Shown here: positions 8,632-17,301 of the stretch, in pieces
How the letters are laid out: the number at the start of each line of letters is the position of its first letter
Numbering within the stretch: position 1 is the stretch's first letter
From: a virus
Taxonomy: Duplodnaviria > Caudoviricetes
IMG/VR virus record: IMGVR_UViG_3300038461_000026
Coordinates: 1-52,647 of that record
Strand: one strand, 5' to 3'
Length of the DNA: 52,647 nucleotides
Notes under the pieces: generated by a model
Seen by the model: only the letters and a program-made list of their open reading frames with translations
Databases searched by the model: none
What the model was told of the DNA's origin: nothing
Position numbers and translations under genes: made by a program

Positions 8632-8642
8632 ATTAGAAACAA

Positions 8643-9419
8643 ATGGAAAAAGAAGAAAAAAGTAATTCGAACCTTCTTCCCGAGATTCACGGGAAAATGT
8701 CAGATGCAAAATTGCAGAAATCAAAGGAAACAGAGGCCGAAATGGCTTTTTGGTCACGGCTTCAAAGATTCACCGGAATCTTAAACGGTGACGTTGAGGC
8801 AGAAAAACTTCAAGATCACCCGATAGTCAAGGATTGCAAATATCTTCCGATAAGTTTTATGGAAATGAGCCTTGACGAAGTCTTTTTCGGTGCATGGAAT
8901 ACAGATAATTTCAAATGGCAGGTAATCAGTAATGAAGTTGTCGGGTCAATAGACCTTTCAGTTTACCATCCACTTTTAAAAATGTGGATTAAGAGAACAG
9001 GAGCGGCAGCCATTCAGATAATGGTCGATTCAATTCCTGATAAGGAAAAGACAAAAATGTCCCGGCAGGAAATTAACGCATGGGCAGTTTCGGTTGATAA
9101 TAAGAAACCCGGAGCATTAAGTAACGGAGGCTTTTCAAAACTAAAAGCCGAATGCTTCAAGAATGCGGCACTTGGTCTGGGTCGGTACTTTGGCCGGGAC
9201 GTAAACCGTGAACACCGTGCGGATGACTATCTGGGCACAATAAAAGATCCCGACGAAAGGAAGAACGAGCTTCGTACAATGATTAGTCAACAGCTTGCAG
9301 ACAATCAGGATTTGGAATTCGTACAGTCAATAACCAAGCGGGTTCTTGATGCCGAAGAAAAGGGAGAAAATACATTGGACTTTTACCGTGAAATAATTAA
9401 AATACTTAAAGAGCTATGA
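8643..9419 (+). CDS. ssDNA annealing protein (Sak/Rad52-like)
   Basis: KYLPISFMEMSLDEVFFG..KAECFKNAALGLGRYFGRDVNR; adjacent to exonuclease. Confidence 0.65.
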   Translation: MEKEEKSNSNLLPEIHGKMSDAKLQKSKETEAEMAFWSRLQRFTGILNGDVEAEKLQDHPIVKDCKYLPISFMEMSLDEVFFGAWNTDNFKWQVISNEVVGSIDLSVYHPLLKMWIKRTGAAAIQIMVDSIPDKEKTKMSRQEINAWAVSVDNKKPGALSNGGFSKLKAECFKNAALGLGRYFGRDVNREHRADDYLGTIKDPDERKNELRTMISQQLADNQDLEFVQSITKRVLDAEEKGENTLDFYREIIKILKEL

Positions 9420-9625
9420 AAAAAGTAATTCTTGTAATTTGCGTATGCCTACTTTCATTAAGTAGTTGTGAGAAAAAGTACTGCTGGCAGTGTCAGGTAT
9501 TTAGTTTAATCAATAATAAAGTAGATGACACCTTCACTCAATGTGACAAGACAGAAGCCGAAATGCAGGCAGCTCAAGACCATGATCCGGCCGATTCGTT
9601 TTACTTGATCTGTTCAAAAAGATAA
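9416..9625 (+). CDS. Small Cys-rich lipoprotein
   Basis: MKKVILVICVCLLSLSS-C lipobox; CWQC..C..C. Confidence 0.65.
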   Translation: MKKVILVICVCLLSLSSCEKKYCWQCQVFSLINNKVDDTFTQCDKTEAEMQAAQDHDPADSFYLICSKR

Positions 9626-9630
9626 TATCC

Positions 9631-10476
9631 ATGATAACGATAGATCGAGCATTTGTTGACAAACGGCCGTTGAGTTATAGCAAGCTGAAGGAGTTCAGAA
9701 AATCTCCAAAGCATTACGTCCATGCCTTTGAGGTTCCTTTCATACAGACCGACCCAATGCTAATAGGTTCGGCCGCGGACTGTATTTTAATAGACGGAGA
9801 AGAAGCATTTGGCCAACAGTACACAATATATGAAGGGTTCGCCAAAAGAAGTAATGACGCGAAAGCCGAGTGGCAAGCCATGGTAAACAAGGCCAGAACT
9901 GAAAAGAAAACCCTGATCTCAAAGGAGCTTGCGGCCACGGCTTGGGAGTGTGTTAAGGCTGTAAGGGCATACCCGGACGCACAACCATACCTGAATAACA
10001 TGAGAAGGCGGCACCCGAAACTACTTTGGACTGACCGGGAAACAGGGCTGCCATGCATAGGATATCCAGATTGGGATTGTATGATTGATAACCAACTTTT
10101 CATAGTCGATTTGAAGTGTCCGACTTCCGCAGACCCGGAAGACTTTACAAAGGACGCTTGGAAGTGGGAGTATTTCATTCAGGTCGGTTCCTATCTGGAA
10201 GGGTACAAAAATATGTACTTCCAATTTCCTAACTTCGTATTCATCTGTGTAGAAACCGCAGAACTTCATAACGTTTCAATCAATTATGTCGAAGGGAAAT
10301 ATATGGAGTTCAGCCGGGATGAATACCTTGGAACCGTCCGGGCATTCAAATATTGCCTTGACAATAACCTATGGGATATGGGGTATGAATTTAGGTTGAT
10401 GGCAACAATGTCATACTTCGCACTCCGCAAACCCGGATATGGGAAGCGGCTTTTTGGTAACCAGAGAATTGAATAA
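9631..10476 (+). CDS. PD-(D/E)xK exonuclease (RecE/ExoVIII-like)
   Basis: LSYSKLKEFRKSPKHY, MLIGSAADC, WTDRETGLPCIGYPD, IVDLK, YFIQVGSYLEG, FVFICVE. Confidence 0.85.
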   Translation: MITIDRAFVDKRPLSYSKLKEFRKSPKHYVHAFEVPFIQTDPMLIGSAADCILIDGEEAFGQQYTIYEGFAKRSNDAKAEWQAMVNKARTEKKTLISKELAATAWECVKAVRAYPDAQPYLNNMRRRHPKLLWTDRETGLPCIGYPDWDCMIDNQLFIVDLKCPTSADPEDFTKDAWKWEYFIQVGSYLEGYKNMYFQFPNFVFICVETAELHNVSINYVEGKYMEFSRDEYLGTVRAFKYCLDNNLWDMGYEFRLMATMSYFALRKPGYGKRLFGNQRIE

Positions 10477-10478
10477 TC

Positions 10479-10637
10479 ATGGGAGATATTGCAGACGATA
10501 TATTAGATGGTATTTATTGCGAAATGTGCGGCGAGTACCTCGGTGACGCTTGCGGATATCCAAGAACGTGTAATGCGTGTTCAGAGCTATTAGGAGATGA
10601 AGATTTTGAACCTTATGTTGAACATGAAGATGATTAA
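10479..10637 (+). CDS. 52-aa Zn-finger protein (not in ORF track)
   Basis: MGDIADDILDGIYCEMCGEYLGDACGYPRTCNAC.., common phage micro-protein pattern. Confidence 0.7.
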   Translation: MGDIADDILDGIYCEMCGEYLGDACGYPRTCNACSELLGDEDFEPYVEHEDD

Positions 10638-10642
10638 AAACG

Positions 10643-10664
10643 GCCGGGGTAACTCCCGGCTTTT
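10643..10664 (+). terminator. Intrinsic terminator
   Basis: GCCGGG-GTAACT-CCCGGC-TTTT. Confidence 0.7.
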
Positions 10665-10686
10665 CTATAACTTAAAATTTAAGACA

Positions 10687-11070
10687 ATGAAAGAAGAACG
10701 GTTAATGAAGTTTTCAGAACATGATTTTCATAAACAAAACTTGGTGGGAATCAATTCACGGAAAGGGGTTTATGACCTTTATAAGTGCGCTAATTGTGGA
10801 GCGATAGGGAAGCGTTATAAATTGGTTGACTATGTTATAGCAGACAAGTTTAAATTGCCTTGTATCTCATTAGAGATTATCACTGGCAAAACAATTAAGG
10901 TAACCGAGTGCGGAGCTGTGGGCAAACAGTTTTCAAATATAATCCCAGGTTCAGTTCATATGGTAATTGATCCGCCAGCGCCTTACATAAATGATGATCG
11001 GGGAATTTGGGTAATGGGTGACGGGGAACCTGTCAAGTTACTTACCGGGGAATTTAAGATCATATGTTAA
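10687..11070 (+). CDS. Hypothetical protein (His/Cys motif)
   Basis: HDFHKQNLV..YDLYKCANCG..GIWVMGDGEPVKLL; start placed after the terminator. Confidence 0.6.
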   Translation: MKEERLMKFSEHDFHKQNLVGINSRKGVYDLYKCANCGAIGKRYKLVDYVIADKFKLPCISLEIITGKTIKVTECGAVGKQFSNIIPGSVHMVIDPPAPYINDDRGIWVMGDGEPVKLLTGEFKIIC

Positions 11071-11079
11071 TAACTATTT

Positions 11080-11110
11080 TTGTTACGGATTGATATATAG
11101 TATATTTTTG
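11080..11110 (+). promoter_or_regulatory. Bacteroidetes-type promoter of replication operon
   Basis: TTG(11080) ... TATTTTTG(11103-11110); TGTTAATAAC at 11065-11074. Confidence 0.6.
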
Positions 11111-11131
11111 AACCAGTAATAATTTTACAAG

Positions 11132-11824
11132 ATGGTAAAACGAAAAACGAAAGAACCAAGCTTCCCCTTTTACCCACAGGATTTTTTAACCGGATGCGCA
11201 GGGCTGAACATATCAGAAAGGGGACAATACATTACACTACTTTGCCTTCAACACCAAACAGGCCATTTAACACCTAAGATAATTAGGTTAAATGTTGGGA
11301 AGTGGTCGCCAGCTGTGAAATTCAAGTTTATAAAGGATAAAGAGGGTAATTACTATAACGAAAGGCTTGAAAGCGAGATGCAAAAAAGAGAGGCTCACAG
11401 GACTCACCAAGCCGAAAATTCAGCAAAGGCTAATCCTGAATTACTCCCAACGGTGCTCCCAAAACAACTCCAAGACGACCCCAACTATGACCCCAAACGT
11501 GACCCCAAAACGGGTCCTTTAGAAAATGAATATATATTAAGATATAAAGAAGAAATTAAGAATTACAGAAGAATAATACCACCAAGTAAGAAAGTAGTTA
11601 GAATATACTGTAAGATTCGGGAAAATGGAATTGACGCTGATTACTTTGTGGAATACTATACTGCCAGAGGGTGGGTTTATGGAAAACAAAAAACAGCAAT
11701 AGTCGATTGGCAGGCTGTAGTCAGGACATGGGAAAAGAACAATAACAATAATTTTGCCGGGAGAAAGCCGGGAGTTGTAAACTTAGAAGACTTAAAAAAT
11801 GAAAGAAGAACACATACATCGTAA
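11132..11824 (+). CDS. Phage replication initiator
   Basis: N-terminal PSFPFYPQDFLTG..ERGQYITLLCLQHQ; C-terminal FVEYYTARGW..DWQAVVRTWE; directly upstream of DnaB; internal repeats. Confidence 0.8.
   Translation: MVKRKTKEPSFPFYPQDFLTGCAGLNISERGQYITLLCLQHQTGHLTPKIIRLNVGKWSPAVKFKFIKDKEGNYYNERLESEMQKREAHRTHQAENSAKANPELLPTVLPKQLQDDPNYDPKRDPKTGPLENEYILRYKEEIKNYRRIIPPSKKVVRIYCKIRENGIDADYFVEYYTARGWVYGKQKTAIVDWQAVVRTWEKNNNNNFAGRKPGVVNLEDLKNERRTHTS
11432..11580 (+). other. Putative replication origin inside initiator gene
   Basis: CTCC at 11444/11456/11468 and GACCCCAA at 11477/11489/11501 (12-bp period) followed by an AT-rich tract. Confidence 0.65.
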
Positions 11825-13259
11825 TTCGACACAGGGAATGCCATTAATAATTACAGAAAACACTCCCATAAAATATCTTTCAGACTTCGGGAAAGTTCCA
11901 CCACAGGCCGGAGATATGGAAAAAGCTGTACTGGGGGCAATAATGCTTGATACAAGTGCAATGGACGAGGTAACAACACTATTGACGTCCATAATGTTTT
12001 ACAGGGAGGCGCATCAAAAAATATTTGAGGCTGCTTTCCAACTTTATAAGGCTAATAAATTCACAGACCTTTACTCAGTATCGGAATCTTTAAGAAACCA
12101 AAACGAATTAGATGCGGTGGGAGGTCCAGTTTATATAACTGAACTTACCAGTAGAGTTGTTTCAGCAGCAAATGTCCGGCAGCACGCAATGTATGTGAAA
12201 CAGAAATACATTCAACGCGAATTGATACGGATATCAACGGAGCTGCAGAACAGAGCTTTTGATGACACTTACGATATAGCTGAATTGATCGAGTATGCCG
12301 AAAAGGAAATTTACGGAATAGGGGACACGGCAGTGAGTAAAGAACCAATTATGATTGGGAACTTACTCAATATTCTGGCCGATACAATTTCACTCCGGGA
12401 GGCTCAAAAGACAGAGCTGGCCGGGGTTCCTTCAGGCTTAATTGGAGTTGACAGAATAACACTTGGCTGGCAGCCGGGAGACTTGATTATACTTGCTGCA
12501 AGGCCGTCAATGGGGAAAAGTGCACTTGCAATTCAGTTTGGTAGGTTTGCGGCACAGTTAGGGCATGGGGTCTTGATGTTTTCATTGGAAATGACAGACA
12601 CCCAGCTCGGGGAAAGATACCTAAGTGCAGAATCCGGGCATGACACCTACGATTTAAAGCGAGGGCGCAACATAATATGGGCGAAGATTGAAAAGGCAAT
12701 TCACTCCAATACCAAAACCCCACTATGGATTGATGACTCGGCGCACATGACACTTTTCGAGTTCCGTTCCAAAGTTCGCCGGGCAAAAAAGAAACATAAT
12801 ATTCAGCTGGTAATTTGCGACTATCTAAACCTATTTACCGGGGACGAAACGAAGGATAATATGAGTGAAAAGTATGGATCAATCTCAAAGATGTTCAAGG
12901 CCGTTGCGAAGGAATGCAAGGTTGCCGTTTTGTCACTTGCCCAGCTAAACCGGGGAGTTGAACAGCGGTCAAATCCATTACCTAAACTTTCAGACCTTCG
13001 CAACTCCGGGGAAATAGAACAGGATGCAGATATTATAGTTTTCCCAACACGTTACATATTAGCCGGAATGCACGAAGATAGTCACGGGAGAAATTTAGAC
13101 ACCATGGCACTTATCGACGTTGCAAAAAACAGAAATGGACGAGTTGATCAGGTTGAAGTAAATGTAAGTGCAGACTGCATGATTTGGACGGATCAAGAAA
13201 CAGCAACCCCGGTCGATTTTACGCAGTCAAAAACTAATGAAGAACCACCATTCGCATAA
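11799..13259 (+). CDS. dnaB: Replicative DNA helicase
   Basis: VPPQAGDMEKAVLGA, ILAARPSMGKS (Walker A), FSLEM, DYL, LAQLNR, LSDLRNSGEIEQDAD, AKNRNG. Confidence 0.97.
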   Translation: MKEEHIHRNSTQGMPLIITENTPIKYLSDFGKVPPQAGDMEKAVLGAIMLDTSAMDEVTTLLTSIMFYREAHQKIFEAAFQLYKANKFTDLYSVSESLRNQNELDAVGGPVYITELTSRVVSAANVRQHAMYVKQKYIQRELIRISTELQNRAFDDTYDIAELIEYAEKEIYGIGDTAVSKEPIMIGNLLNILADTISLREAQKTELAGVPSGLIGVDRITLGWQPGDLIILAARPSMGKSALAIQFGRFAAQLGHGVLMFSLEMTDTQLGERYLSAESGHDTYDLKRGRNIIWAKIEKAIHSNTKTPLWIDDSAHMTLFEFRSKVRRAKKKHNIQLVICDYLNLFTGDETKDNMSEKYGSISKMFKAVAKECKVAVLSLAQLNRGVEQRSNPLPKLSDLRNSGEIEQDADIIVFPTRYILAGMHEDSHGRNLDTMALIDVAKNRNGRVDQVEVNVSADCMIWTDQETATPVDFTQSKTNEEPPFA

Positions 13260-13269
13260 ATCAAAAACT

Positions 13270-13644
13270 ATGTTTCACGTACCAAATAAAAACAGAAATA
13301 GAATTCACCCGCAATTGGGGTCAGATGACAATATTGGGAATAACGGATTATTTATAATTCCATATTTCAAGCCAAACGGATTAGAATTTAGAGTGATTGC
13401 ATCTGATGGAGAAGGCTGGGAACACGCATCAGTAAGCATTGCACTCCCGGAAAGGGTTGCCTTACGCTGTCCGACATGGGAAGAAATGTGCTACATAAAA
13501 AAGATGTTTTGGGATGAGGAGGATTGTGTAATTCAGTATCACCCATCAAAAAGTGAATATGTAAACTACCATCCTTTTGTACTTCATTTATGGAGGCCGA
13601 CAAATCAAGTGATTCCGATTCCGAAAAAAATAATGATAGGCTGA
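13270..13644 (+). CDS. Conserved phage hypothetical protein
   Basis: GWEHASVS..RCPTWEEMCYIKKMFWDEEDCVIQYHP..EYVNYHPFVLHLWRP. Confidence 0.75.
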   Translation: MFHVPNKNRNRIHPQLGSDDNIGNNGLFIIPYFKPNGLEFRVIASDGEGWEHASVSIALPERVALRCPTWEEMCYIKKMFWDEEDCVIQYHPSKSEYVNYHPFVLHLWRPTNQVIPIPKKIMIG

Positions 13645-14231
13645 TGAAAACCATGGATGACAATTCGAGAATGCCGAAAAGACCAAGGATTTGCGGAATT
13701 TATAAAATACTATCCCCTTCGGGAAGAATATATATTGGTCAGTCAATCAATATTCTGAAAAGATGGGAAACCTATAAATATAAGGCCTGTAAAACACAAT
13801 CAAAACTGCATAATTCCTTTTGTAAGTATGGCGCAATTAATCATATATTTGAAATAATTCACTTTTGCGAGCCTAAGGAATTAGACGACCTCGAAAAATA
13901 TTATATAAATTTCTATGATTCCTGTAATCCGCATACGGGATTGAATTGTGTGGCCGCAGCAAGAGGAAAGGGAATTGTTTCAGCAGAAACCCGAAAAAAA
14001 CTATCAATAGCCAGACTTGGTTATAAACCGACAAAGGAGCATATTGAAAACGTAAGGAAAAACAGATTCAAATTTTCCTCTCCTAAAAGGAAGGTAATTG
14101 ATATAGAAACCGGGATTGTTTATGAATCAATGAAAGCGGCATCACTTTCTTTTGGAATAAAATACACAACATTAAAAATGATGCTGTACGAAAAGAACTG
14201 GAACCGAACTCCATTAAAACTAATAGTATGA
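13644..14231 (+). CDS. GIY-YIG homing endonuclease with NUMOD-type DNA-binding motifs
   Basis: CGIYKILSPSGRIYIGQSINILKRW; SAETRKKLS (NUMOD3-like); KVIDIETGIVYESMKAAS (NUMOD1-like). Confidence 0.9.
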   Translation: MKTMDDNSRMPKRPRICGIYKILSPSGRIYIGQSINILKRWETYKYKACKTQSKLHNSFCKYGAINHIFEIIHFCEPKELDDLEKYYINFYDSCNPHTGLNCVAAARGKGIVSAETRKKLSIARLGYKPTKEHIENVRKNRFKFSSPKRKVIDIETGIVYESMKAASLSFGIKYTTLKMMLYEKNWNRTPLKLIV

Positions 14232-14761
14232 TTAAATTCACATCTTATATCGGCATTGATCCGGGCAAAGGGGGAGCAATAGCATACATATCGGAAGGGC
14301 AAAATGCAAAGACAGTTTCCATGCCTGAAACCGTGGATGAGCTTAACGAATTTTTTAAATACCTGAGAAGTATTTCTGAAAATCCGATCGCCTGTGTGGA
14401 GAAAGTAAGCCTATGGAGAGGCGATGCCAATGCCGGGAAGGCTTTTGGGATTGAAAAATTAACCCGAAACCTGAATGAGATCACAACCCTTCTCCGGGTA
14501 ACTAAAATTCCCTATATCATGGTGCTGCCTATTCAATGGCAAGCTTACCTCAAGCTATCCGGCCACCGGGGAGAAAAGTACGACGATCGGAAGCGGAGAT
14601 TCAAACGGATAGCAACTATGCACTTTCCGGGGATTCCAATTACATTGACAAATTGTGATGCGCTGCTGATAATGGAGTTCCTTGCTTTTAAAATGCAAAG
14701 GGAACCCGACTGGGTTACAAAGAAGATACCAGATTCAATTATAAAAACTTTAGAGTTATGA
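14228..14761 (+). CDS. RuvC-like Holliday junction resolvase
   Basis: YIGIDPGKGGAIA, CVEKV, V.P..WQ, CDALLI. Confidence 0.8.
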   Translation: MIKFTSYIGIDPGKGGAIAYISEGQNAKTVSMPETVDELNEFFKYLRSISENPIACVEKVSLWRGDANAGKAFGIEKLTRNLNEITTLLRVTKIPYIMVLPIQWQAYLKLSGHRGEKYDDRKRRFKRIATMHFPGIPITLTNCDALLIMEFLAFKMQREPDWVTKKIPDSIIKTLEL

Positions 14762-14958
14762 AACCAAATGAACGTCAGATAATCGAAAAGTGGGAAGAAT
14801 TGTATGCTGAAGTTACAAGGCAGTTCAAACCATACGCCACTACTAAGATAAGAAATCTCAACCGGGATATTCAAAGTTTAGAACTACGATTAAAAGTGCA
14901 AGAACACGAATCTGTAATAACAGAAGAAGATTACAGGAAACATGGGAGAGCAACTTAA
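14758..14958 (+). CDS. Hypothetical protein
   Basis: ORF track; ATGA overlap. Confidence 0.55.
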   Translation: MKPNERQIIEKWEELYAEVTRQFKPYATTKIRNLNRDIQSLELRLKVQEHESVITEEDYRKHGRAT

Positions 14959-14970
14959 TAATTCAACAAT

Positions 14971-15393
14971 ATGGATGAAGTAATTATTTTCGGAAATATA
15001 CTGCCGGGCGGAAGAATATCGACGGCCGTTTCGCCAGAATACCAGCAATTCTTGAAGGAAAATTCAGGTGAAAAGATCGCTGTAACCCTTACTGTAATTT
15101 CAGACAAAGGGAATATACGGCAGAAAACATACTATGAAAAGGTGGTTCTTCCATGTATAATTGAAGGATTCAGAGAAACGGGAGAAATTACCAACAAGAA
15201 GGACGCTGACGAATGGGCAAAAGCTATTTGTCCGGCGACCAACAAACGCAAAAAAGTCCGGGGTGAATGGGTTGATGACATTGTCCCGGAGAATCAAATG
15301 ACGGAAAAACAATGGAGTGAGTTGATAGTAAACAGCATCAGGATATGTGCCATGGAATTTATGATTATAGTTCCAGAACCGGAAAAAAGATAG
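14971..15393 (+). CDS. NinB-like recombination accessory protein
   Basis: QKTYYEKVVLPCI..GFRETGE..MTEKQWSELI..IIVPEP. Confidence 0.5.
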   Translation: MDEVIIFGNILPGGRISTAVSPEYQQFLKENSGEKIAVTLTVISDKGNIRQKTYYEKVVLPCIIEGFRETGEITNKKDADEWAKAICPATNKRKKVRGEWVDDIVPENQMTEKQWSELIVNSIRICAMEFMIIVPEPEKR

Positions 15394-15406
15394 TTGAGAA
15401 AGTCGC

Positions 15407-15436
15407 TTGCTGTAACAAAATATGTTCGTACCTTTG
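15407..15436 (+). promoter_or_regulatory. Bacteroidetes-type promoter P3
   Basis: TTGCTGTAA(15407) ... TACCTTTG(15429-15436). Confidence 0.75.
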
Positions 15437-15468
15437 AAAAAGTAACAAACCAAAAATAAACTACTAAG

Positions 15469-15669
15469 ATGGCAAAAGCAGAACCACTAAGCATTGACAG
15501 AGTTACAGAGATCGCAAGCCGATACATACTCCCAGCACCTTACGAAAAAAGAAACCCGGCCGACATAATACATTACCTGTATATGATAATGCTGGCCGAC
15601 CAAACTGTAAAGTCTGATCCGACCGATGACGAGTTGGAGCAGTATATTGATATGTATTTTAATCTTTAA
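15469..15669 (+). CDS. Small hypothetical protein
   Basis: First ORF after P3; AACTACTAAG-ATG leader. Confidence 0.6.
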   Translation: MAKAEPLSIDRVTEIASRYILPAPYEKRNPADIIHYLYMIMLADQTVKSDPTDDELEQYIDMYFNL

Positions 15670-15681
15670 AAACCAAAAACT

Positions 15682-16275
15682 ATGAATGGATGTTTAGAAT
15701 CACAATTTGAATTACAAAAATTGAAGATCCTTAAGGGAGCTTCCGGAGTAAATGTTGATTTCGCTGTAAGCGGAAATGACAGTGTCCCAACGGTTGTACA
15801 TCATGTCGAGAATCCGACATTTGCGCATCCTGATTTACTGAATGCGGTAAACGCAATTAAAGAATTACTGGTTAAGGCAATAGGGAAAGAATCGATCCAT
15901 ACAGAAAGGGTAATTGCCGGGTTAAAATCTAACTTCAAAAAGGAAACAACCTATTTGGAGCTCGAAAAACTTTTTGAGGATCATTACATTGCAGAACTTC
16001 AAAAAGTAACAGTTACCGGAGTTGCAATTTCCGGGTATGACCAGAACAGGGGTGCTATAATTACCGGGACATACCTTTGCAAGAACGGCTCGAAGATAGC
16101 CTTGAACTCTCCTCGAGTACGGTTTGAGGGGGAACTATTCGGCTGGGAAAAGGTACTTGATGAAGCTTGTCAGGTAATTGCCCATGAAGCCTATGAATAT
16201 ACCTTCAAGGACAAACAAGCTCAACAGACCATTGATTTTGGAACAGACGGAACCGAACCAGAAAAACCAGAATAA
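15682..16275 (+). CDS. Conserved phage hypothetical protein
   Basis: HPDLL..VTGVAISG..GAIITG..IALNSPR..EAYEY..KQAQ. Confidence 0.65.
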   Translation: MNGCLESQFELQKLKILKGASGVNVDFAVSGNDSVPTVVHHVENPTFAHPDLLNAVNAIKELLVKAIGKESIHTERVIAGLKSNFKKETTYLELEKLFEDHYIAELQKVTVTGVAISGYDQNRGAIITGTYLCKNGSKIALNSPRVRFEGELFGWEKVLDEACQVIAHEAYEYTFKDKQAQQTIDFGTDGTEPEKPE

Positions 16276-16850
16276 TGGGACGTACAGAAATTAAAACTCA
16301 AATTGAGTATGACCGTTTTATAACAACGGGTTGTGAACCCTTAATTGATTCCGGGTTTGATATTGATATTAATCTTCGTGTGGAAATACAAAAGAAGATG
16401 TTTGGTGGAAATCCCGAACTCCCGGAGGTTCGTAACAAGTTCTTCCGGTGGGTTTGGGATAGGAAAGTTCATGTTTGCGAAGAAACAAAGGCCTTTTTGG
16501 GTCACGACATGAAAGCGGAATTTATGAGTCATATTCTTTCCCGGGGTGCGCATATTGAAATGGCATTCGACCCTCGAAATATTAATATTCTTTCGCCGGA
16601 CGCACACAGAGAATGGGAATCCGGCAAGCGAGAGAAGATGTATATATTCGCCAAAAACAAAGATCTGGTTGCGCTGCTGAAGGCGGATTACGCGGAGCTG
16701 AAAAACTATAACACATTCCCGGAGGAAAAATCAAAGGAAGCGGAGGGGTTCGTTCCGGGAATTGATGAAGAATGGATTTATGAGATTCTCGACAAAACGA
16801 ACGCTTTTGCCAAACAGCTAATTGAGGAACACTTCAAGCGGCATAAATAA
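16275..16850 (+). CDS. HNH-fold nuclease (NinG-like)
   Basis: VCEET..SHILSRGAH..FDPRNINILS..AHREWE. Confidence 0.6.
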   Translation: MGRTEIKTQIEYDRFITTGCEPLIDSGFDIDINLRVEIQKKMFGGNPELPEVRNKFFRWVWDRKVHVCEETKAFLGHDMKAEFMSHILSRGAHIEMAFDPRNINILSPDAHREWESGKREKMYIFAKNKDLVALLKADYAELKNYNTFPEEKSKEAEGFVPGIDEEWIYEILDKTNAFAKQLIEEHFKRHK

Positions 16851-16857
16851 AAGTAAG

Positions 16858-17301
16858 ATGTTAAACATTCAAGGCAAATTAAAAACAGTACAGAATATGA
16901 AAACGGGAGTTAAAGTTACCGTGTTCTGCAAATGGGATGATATAAGCCAAGATGATACGCTGGACTTACTTCAGGCGGTTGGTTCTAATGGGTATGTAAC
17001 TTTTACACCCAATAAACTAAAAGCAGAAGTTGAGGCCGCACTTCAGCAGAAACTTGCAAGTATTAAGCCAGACCCAGTAACCGGGAGAAGTAAATCACAA
17101 ACGCTTCGGGATCAAATCTTGAAGTTCTGGAATCGGTTTTATAAAGGGAAAAAGGAATTTGCAGAATATTACGATGAATCTATGGACGTTCTAATTGGAA
17201 TGGTCAAAAAGAAAAATTCAAAAGCCGAAGTTGAAGAACTTGACAGGCATTATGGAGAAGCACAACATGATTATGGAGACACACTTAAAAAACTCGGTTA
17301 A
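16858..17301 (+). CDS. Hypothetical protein
   Basis: ORF track 16822-17301; ATG at 16858 after previous stop; KSQTLR motif. Confidence 0.55.
   Translation: MLNIQGKLKTVQNMKTGVKVTVFCKWDDISQDDTLDLLQAVGSNGYVTFTPNKLKAEVEAALQQKLASIKPDPVTGRSKSQTLRDQILKFWNRFYKGKKEFAEYYDESMDVLIGMVKKKNSKAEVEELDRHYGEAQHDYGDTLKKLG

Noticed and set aside
4599-15471. CRISPR mini-array suggested by recurring short repeats
   Set aside because: Repeats are kilobases apart, precede ATGs and match promoter/leader patterns; no repeat-spacer periodicity or cas genes
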